Assembly: GCA_964637135.1 (NCBI GenBank)
Contig: CAZWTX010000015.1
Span: 1 to 56,521 of the forward strand
Length of the DNA stretch: 56,521 bases
Direction: 5' to 3'
Source: an uncultured Methanospirillum sp.
Lineage (GTDB): Archaea; Halobacteriota; Methanomicrobia; Methanomicrobiales; Methanospirillaceae
Shown: piece after piece, positions 50,842 through 56,521 of the stretch
Layout: each line of letters begins with the position of its first letter
Numbering within the stretch: position 1 is the first letter of the stretch
Made by a program: the position numbers and the translations under genes
The notes under the pieces: generated by a model
The model's database searches: none
Seen by the model: the letters and a program-made list of their open reading frames with translations, nothing else
Told to the model about the DNA's origin: nothing

Positions 50842-51496
50842 ATACTCGCTCTCCCGGAAGTAATAGATTGTTTTTTCACCGGGAGGGTATTGCACTCCTT
50901 CCTGATTTTCATAAGATGTAACTATGTTGAGTTACCCTCCCTCCCGGTAAACCGGTAGATATTCCCCATAACCCATTGATCCCGGGGTCAGAACGGGAAC
51001 TCCCTCGCAGAAGGATTTCTCAATTCTCTCTGCAACAGGACTGGATTTCCCCACGGCTGGATATGTGATGTATTCCTGATGATCGAACGCCGAAGGGAAA
51101 AAAAGAGGGGATCCGGTGAACCCCCGGGCTCGGGATCTGATCCGGATACCCCATGATCCGTGCTCCCTTTCGGAAAAAGACCCTAATCGGGGGGAATGCG
51201 TTCACCGGTGGTGATCCCGGTTCTCCTGCCGGAATATTCCCCGGGGGAGTAATCCATACTGGTTAACCCAGACTATTCCCTGCATGGCGCTACCTGATCT
51301 CCATATCCGGATTGTTGCTCAGGATCTCATTAACACCTCCTTCTTTACAGGCAAGAATGATTTACAGACCTCCCGTCTCCTTTTGAAATTTGTTACATGC
51401 GGGATGACCTTTCCACCAGTAATCGCCAATTTTGGAAAATGTTTCAAAACCCTTATGTCACCTGGTATAACACCTATTTGTACCGAGGAATTGCAC

Positions 51497-53563
51497 ATGG
51501 AACTAAAGTATGTTCAAACGACCTGCCCGTACTGCGGTACCGGCTGTTCGTTTAACCTTGTAGTCAAGGACGGAAAAGTCCAGGGGACTGCCCCTTATCA
51601 GCGGTCTCCGGTCAACCTGGGTAAAGTGTGCCCGAAAGGACTCTATGCCCATGAATTCATCAACTCTCCGGACCGTCTGACAAAACCGCTCATCAAGAAG
51701 GACGGAAAGTTTGTTGAAGCTACCTGGGATGAAGCCCTCAAACTCATTGCATCCAAGTTCAAGTCGTTCAAGCCGGACGAGTGTGCCTGCCTGGCATCTG
51801 CTCGTGCCTCCAACGAGGATAACTATGCAATGATGAAGTTTGCCAGGGGCGTGCTCAAGACGAGACACATTGATCACTGTGCCCGTCTCTGCCATGCATC
51901 CACGGTTGCCGGCCTTGCCAACATCTTTGGTTCCGGTGCAATGACCAACTCCATTCCTGATATTGCCGAGGCAAAGTGCGTCATGGTCATCGGGTCCAAC
52001 ACCTTTGAGAACCACCCGCTCATCGGCCGCCAGGTCATGAAAGCCAAGGAGAATGGAGCAAAGATCATCTACGTCGATCCCCGGAAGACTCCGACCGGAA
52101 AGCAGGCAGATCTCTTCCTCCAGTTCTACTCAGGAACCGATGTCTGTCTCCTGAACGGCATGATGCAGGAGATTATCAAGAACGGCTGGGAGAACAAGGA
52201 ATTCATCCAGAAACGCTGCAACGGATTCGATGATCTCAAGAACGAGGTCATGAAGCCGGATTACAGCCTTGAGAATGTCTCAACCGTGACCGGTGTCCCG
52301 GTCGACGATCTGAAGACCGCTGCAGAGTGGTTTGCCAAATCCGGTGCCAGTACCATTCTCTATTCGATGGGTATCACCCAGCACACCACCGGGGTTGACA
52401 ATGTCAAGTCGGTCGGGAACATCCAGATGCTCACCGGGAACCTTGGACGGCCCGGTACCGGTGTGAACGCCCTTCGTGGACAGAACAACGTGCAGGGAGC
52501 CTGTGACATGGGAGCCCTGCCGGTTGTATACACGGCCTACCAGAAGGTCATCGACGAGGCTGCCCACAAGAAGTTCACAGATGCCTGGAAGTTCAAGGAC
52601 GGCATCGCAGAAGGAAAGAACGGGTATGAAGTCACCGTGATGATGGATGTCCTCACCGACAAGCCCGGCGAGCTCAAGTGCATGTATATCATGGGCGAGA
52701 ACCCGATGATCTCGGATCCCGACCTGACACACGTGAAACATGCCCTTGAATCCCTCGAATTCCTGGTCTGCCAGGATATCTTCATGAACGAGACGACCGA
52801 GCTTGCAGATGTCGTTCTTCCGGCTGCCTGCTATGCAGAAAAAGACGGAACCCAGACCAGTACCGAACGCCGGGTCCAGATGTGGAGAACAGCCCAGAAC
52901 CCGCCGGGAGAAGCAAAGGGAGACTGGGAGATCATTGCCGCCCTTGCCGCCGAGATGGGCTATGGAGAGCAGTTCCCCTGGAAAACGTCAGAGGAAGTCT
53001 TCAACGAGATGGCATCGGTCACCCCGTCCTATGCAGGTATGACCTACGAGCGGCTGCAGCGGCCTGAAGCACTTCACTGGCCCTGCCCGACGAAGGAACA
53101 CCCGGGAACCCCGATTCTCCACATCGAGAAGTTCGGTATGCCGGACGGGAAGGGTCTCATGACGGCAATTCCGTTCAAATACCAACAGGAACGCCCGGAT
53201 GCCGAATATCCGTTCCTCCTGACCACCGGCCGGTGCATCTGGCACTGGCATACCGGAACGATGACCCGCCGGTCTGAAAACCTCGAACGCGAAGAGCCGA
53301 CCGGATGGATCGAGATCAACCCCGAGGACGCCAAAGCCCTTGGCATCAGAAACAACGAGATGGTCAAGGCGATCAGCCGCCGTGGCGAGATCACCATCAA
53401 GGCCCGGATCACTGATACCATCAAGAAGGGTGTCATGTTCATTCCGTTCCACTTTGTTGAATGTGCAGCCAACATGCTGACCATCAATGCCCTTGACCCG
53501 ATTGCCAAGATCCCGGAGTCAAAGGCCTGTGCAGTGAAAGTTGAGAAGATTGTGGGGGCCTGA
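51497..53563 (+). CDS. fdhA: Formate dehydrogenase alpha subunit (set 2)
   Basis: TTCPYCGTGC, DHCARLCH, LRGQNNVQGACD, PFHF..AAN; ATG at 51497 after GAGG. Confidence 0.97.
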   Translation: MELKYVQTTCPYCGTGCSFNLVVKDGKVQGTAPYQRSPVNLGKVCPKGLYAHEFINSPDRLTKPLIKKDGKFVEATWDEALKLIASKFKSFKPDECACLASARASNEDNYAMMKFARGVLKTRHIDHCARLCHASTVAGLANIFGSGAMTNSIPDIAEAKCVMVIGSNTFENHPLIGRQVMKAKENGAKIIYVDPRKTPTGKQADLFLQFYSGTDVCLLNGMMQEIIKNGWENKEFIQKRCNGFDDLKNEVMKPDYSLENVSTVTGVPVDDLKTAAEWFAKSGASTILYSMGITQHTTGVDNVKSVGNIQMLTGNLGRPGTGVNALRGQNNVQGACDMGALPVVYTAYQKVIDEAAHKKFTDAWKFKDGIAEGKNGYEVTVMMDVLTDKPGELKCMYIMGENPMISDPDLTHVKHALESLEFLVCQDIFMNETTELADVVLPAACYAEKDGTQTSTERRVQMWRTAQNPPGEAKGDWEIIAALAAEMGYGEQFPWKTSEEVFNEMASVTPSYAGMTYERLQRPEALHWPCPTKEHPGTPILHIEKFGMPDGKGLMTAIPFKYQQERPDAEYPFLLTTGRCIWHWHTGTMTRRSENLEREEPTGWIEINPEDAKALGIRNNEMVKAISRRGEITIKARITDTIKKGVMFIPFHFVECAANMLTINALDPIAKIPESKACAVKVEKIVGA

Positions 53564-53565
53564 AG

Positions 53566-54810
53566 ATGGCAGCAAAAGGCGATATGGTGTATGCATGGGC
53601 AAAGGATGCCGATATCCTGAAGAAAGGAGAATGCGGCGGTGCCGTAACGGCCCTCCTGAAATACGCCCTTGAAAGCAAGACTGTCGATGCAGTCATGGCG
53701 GTCAGGAGAGGACAGGATATCTACGATGCAGTACCGGTGCTCATCACCGATCCGGCAGATGTCATCAGTACGGCAGGATCGCTCCACTGCGGAACCCTGC
53801 TGATGCCCAAGATCCTGAAGAAGTATCTTGACGGTGTCAAGGACATGAAGATCGCGGTCACCTGCAAGGGCTGCGATGTCATGGCATTCTACGAACTGGC
53901 CAAGCGGAACCAGGTCAACCTTGACAACGTCGTCATGATCGGGGTCAACTGCGGTGGTTCGGTGAGCCCGGTGGCAGCCCGCAAGATGATCACTGAGAAG
54001 TTCGGTGTTGATCCGGATACTGTCCACAAGGAAGAGATCGACAAAGGCCAGTTTATCATCGAGTACGAAGGCGGTCACAAGGGTATCAAGATCGACGAGC
54101 TCGAAGAGGAAGGCTACGGACGCCGTTCCAACTGTCGTCGCTGCAAGATGAAAGTCCCCCGCGGAGCAGATCTTGCCTGCGGGAACTGGGGCGTTATCGG
54201 CGACAAGGCCGGAAAGGCCACCTTTATCGAGATCTGTTCCGAGAAAGGAGCAAACCTCGTTACCGGAGCAGCATCAAAGGGTGCCATCGAGACGGCAGCA
54301 CCTGACCCGAAGGGCATTGAGATCAGAGGCAAGGTCGAGAAGGCCATGCTCAAGCTCGGCGACGAGTGGCGGAAGAAGGACTTTGAATCGCTCGGAACCG
54401 GAAAGGATCGTCTCAAGACGATCATGGACGAGAGTTCCCGGTGTATCAAGTGCTATGCCTGCATTGATAACTGTCCGATCTGCTACTGTGTCGAATGTTC
54501 GACAAAGAAGCCGTACTACATCACTCCCGGCCAGGTTCCGCCCGGATTCATGTTCCACCTGATCCGGTTTGCCCACATCTCTGACTCCTGTGTCAACTGC
54601 GGTCAGTGTGAAGAGCTCTGTTCCATGGATATCAGGAATGCCCTCTTCATGCACGCCCAGCAGGTCGAGATCGAGAAGATGTTCAACCATACCCCGGGTG
54701 TCGACATGACCCCGCCGATCCATGCCCTTGCAGAGGAGAAGGCTGAACGGGCACGGCTGGATGCAACCGGAACCGACTCAATCTACGAGAATATTTTCGC
54801 AGAAGAGTAA
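53566..54810 (+). CDS. fdhB: F420-dependent formate dehydrogenase beta subunit (set 2)
   Basis: ECGGAVT, AGSLHCG, RCIKCYACIDNCPIC, CVNCGQCEELC. Confidence 0.97.
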   Translation: MAAKGDMVYAWAKDADILKKGECGGAVTALLKYALESKTVDAVMAVRRGQDIYDAVPVLITDPADVISTAGSLHCGTLLMPKILKKYLDGVKDMKIAVTCKGCDVMAFYELAKRNQVNLDNVVMIGVNCGGSVSPVAARKMITEKFGVDPDTVHKEEIDKGQFIIEYEGGHKGIKIDELEEEGYGRRSNCRRCKMKVPRGADLACGNWGVIGDKAGKATFIEICSEKGANLVTGAASKGAIETAAPDPKGIEIRGKVEKAMLKLGDEWRKKDFESLGTGKDRLKTIMDESSRCIKCYACIDNCPICYCVECSTKKPYYITPGQVPPGFMFHLIRFAHISDSCVNCGQCEELCSMDIRNALFMHAQQVEIEKMFNHTPGVDMTPPIHALAEEKAERARLDATGTDSIYENIFAEE

Positions 54811-54820
54811 TCCTCACTGA

Positions 54821-54833
54821 TTCCCTTTTTTTC
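54821..54833 (+). terminator. Oligo-T terminator after fdhB
   Basis: TTCCCTTTTTTTC. Confidence 0.5.
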
Positions 54834-55392
54834 ACGATTTCACGGAATACCGGTCAGGTCACCGGTTCATACCAGAATCAGCGATCATATCCTGGCGGTG
54901 TCTTTTCCTGGGATGATTCGATCTCCAGTTTTCTTCACCGGAGAGTTCCATCCTCTTCGATCCATTCAGTCAGCATCCTGAAACCCGGGGATCCTTTCGA
55001 TCAAACCCAATCATGGTTTCTGCCGAGTGTCGGTAATCATGCATAAAAATCATTTTCACAACGGTTGGGGAGAATCCCAAACCCCCTATTGAAGAGAGTA
55101 CGGTCAGGGCACGAGGCCCCCTCCCAGGATCCGGATTCCCGGAGCGATAACAGGGGACCCAGGTATTGGTATCAGATTCTCTGGTGTGAAGATTACCGGG
55201 TAATCGGGGGTACGGCAATATCCTGATACTGCCGAACGATCTCCGTCAGATCCCGTGTTGCCGGTGAGGTTGAAGTACCGGGGGAGCGCCATCCGGGGGA
55301 CTATTTCCCTGAATTTCACTCTCCTGTTTCAGGATTATTGAAACCGGTTACCAGATGATTTTTTCAGAAATGACCGGACCAATTCACGTCCG

Positions 55393-56457
55393 TTATTTCC
55401 TGGATTTTACAACCGCCTTGTACCCGAAATATGCGGCGATGATGCTGCCTATGGTCCCGATAATCGCAACGAGAACGGTATCCGAGATGGTGAACGGTGG
55501 CGAAGGCTCTGGTTCATTGTCATGGGAAGGAGTGGATTGTGTCGTCGGGGTTGTTGGGGGTGACGTCATTTCCGGGTTGTACTGGCCTTCGAAAACAATC
55601 GTGCTCCCGGGATTCAGGATCTTTGTCTGTGATGAAGGCGTCTCAAATCTGGGGAGATCATTGTAGCGGATCGTGTATTCACCGGTCATGATCTGCTCTT
55701 CTTTCCAGGAATCTCCCGATCCTGAGAATGTACGGGGACCGGTGATCTCAAAACCGGTAGCCATGTTGGTGTTGACGATGATGGTTCCGGTGTCAGGGTT
55801 CACTACCGGGTTGTACTGTCCTTCGAAAACGATGGTGCCCCCGGGATTCAGGATCTTTGTCTGTGATGAAGGCGTCTCAAATCCGGGGAGGTCTTTGTAG
55901 AGGATCGTGTATTCACCGGCCAGGATCCGCTCTCCTTTCCAGTAATCTCCCGATCCTGAGAATGTACGGGGACCGATGATCTCAAAACCGGCGGCCATGT
56001 TGGTGTTGACGATGATGGTTCCGGTGTCAAGGGTATAGTATTCCAGGCTGACTGCATTTCCCTCAAGAGTGAGGTAATTCACGGTGAAGAGGATGTATCG
56101 GTTATCATTTCCTGCCCGTGACAGGGAGATATAGACATGCTGGGGGATCGGTTCTACCCCGAATTGATCATACCCGGTGGCTGGGATTTCAATGTCTGCC
56201 GGATCGAATTGAATGGCTCCGAGATCGATGAGACCCCGCTGTCCCAGGTTGTTTGCAAAAAATTTCCCATCGGTAAAATAGAATTCTCCGTCTGATTCGG
56301 TGCCATATTCTTTCGAAGAAAAATCAAATGAGCACTGGTTCTGGTCGTGTGCAGGTGAATAGAAAAAAGCGGAGCCGTACTCCTGGGCGGACACACCGGC
56401 ACCTGTCGTACAGAGAACAACCAGCACGATCATCGGTATCAGGTACCGGAGATTCAT
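55393..56457 (-). CDS. Secreted/surface protein with two PEGA-like repeats, P/T-rich linker and C-terminal TM anchor
   Basis: Signal peptide, duplicated 78-aa unit, TSPPTTPTT linker, hydrophobic helix followed by KSRK. Confidence 0.8.
   Translation of the reverse strand: MNLRYLIPMIVLVVLCTTGAGVSAQEYGSAFFYSPAHDQNQCSFDFSSKEYGTESDGEFYFTDGKFFANNLGQRGLIDLGAIQFDPADIEIPATGYDQFGVEPIPQHVYISLSRAGNDNRYILFTVNYLTLEGNAVSLEYYTLDTGTIIVNTNMAAGFEIIGPRTFSGSGDYWKGERILAGEYTILYKDLPGFETPSSQTKILNPGGTIVFEGQYNPVVNPDTGTIIVNTNMATGFEITGPRTFSGSGDSWKEEQIMTGEYTIRYNDLPRFETPSSQTKILNPGSTIVFEGQYNPEMTSPPTTPTTQSTPSHDNEPEPSPPFTISDTVLVAIIGTIGSIIAAYFGYKAVVKSRK
55572..56029. repeat. Intragenic tandem repeat, period 234 bp (2 copies)
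   Basis: 55572-55795 is highly similar to 55806-56029. Confidence 0.92.
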
Positions 56458-56521
56458 ATCCCGATCCTTCTTTCACCAGCTGACGGGTAATGATTCCCCC
56501 TTTCATTTGAGATTATATAAA

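Noticed and set aside
26328..53563. Selenocysteine recoding in FwdB or FdhA
   Set aside because: All four catalytic subunits have Cys at the metal-ligand position and no in-frame TGA.
53074..54078. 334-aa minus-strand ORF and similar long antisense ORFs over dnaJ, fwdA and the GT4 gene
   Set aside because: Shadow ORFs caused by codon bias of the real genes; no recognisable motifs.
1..56521. CRISPR array or cas genes
   Set aside because: No regularly spaced short repeats or cas-like ORFs seen.

Overview
Chromosomal segment of a hydrogenotrophic methanogenic archaeon (gene content and order suggest Methanomicrobiales, Methanospirillum-like; this is inference). Three parts. (1) 1-7858, core genes: dnaK 3' end, dnaJ, a CheY-type receiver, a Trm11/TrmG10 methyltransferase, a short CheR with two MBL-fold hydrolases, a three-gene glycosylation unit and tRNA-Arg(GCG). 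(2) About 7.9-25.8 kb, accessory region: a PsiE-like gene, a 2930-aa cyclic beta-1,2-glucan synthase (Cgs/NdvB-like), and a 5.8-kb putative defence cassette (DUF6978-like + DUF1828/DUF1829-like pair, type IIG R-M fusion, HEPN-motif protein). The cassette sits between two near-identical 390-bp direct repeats, each carrying an atypical rubredoxin gene. (3) About 25.9-54.8 kb, Mo/W-enzyme supercluster: two fwdDBAC operons, two fdhAB operons, tupABC, a molybdenum-storage-protein homolog, three moeA paralogs (one missing conserved catalytic acidic residues), and several small uncharacterised or regulator-like genes. The window ends with a surface protein carrying an internal repeat. All family assignments come from motif recognition by eye; no database searches were run.
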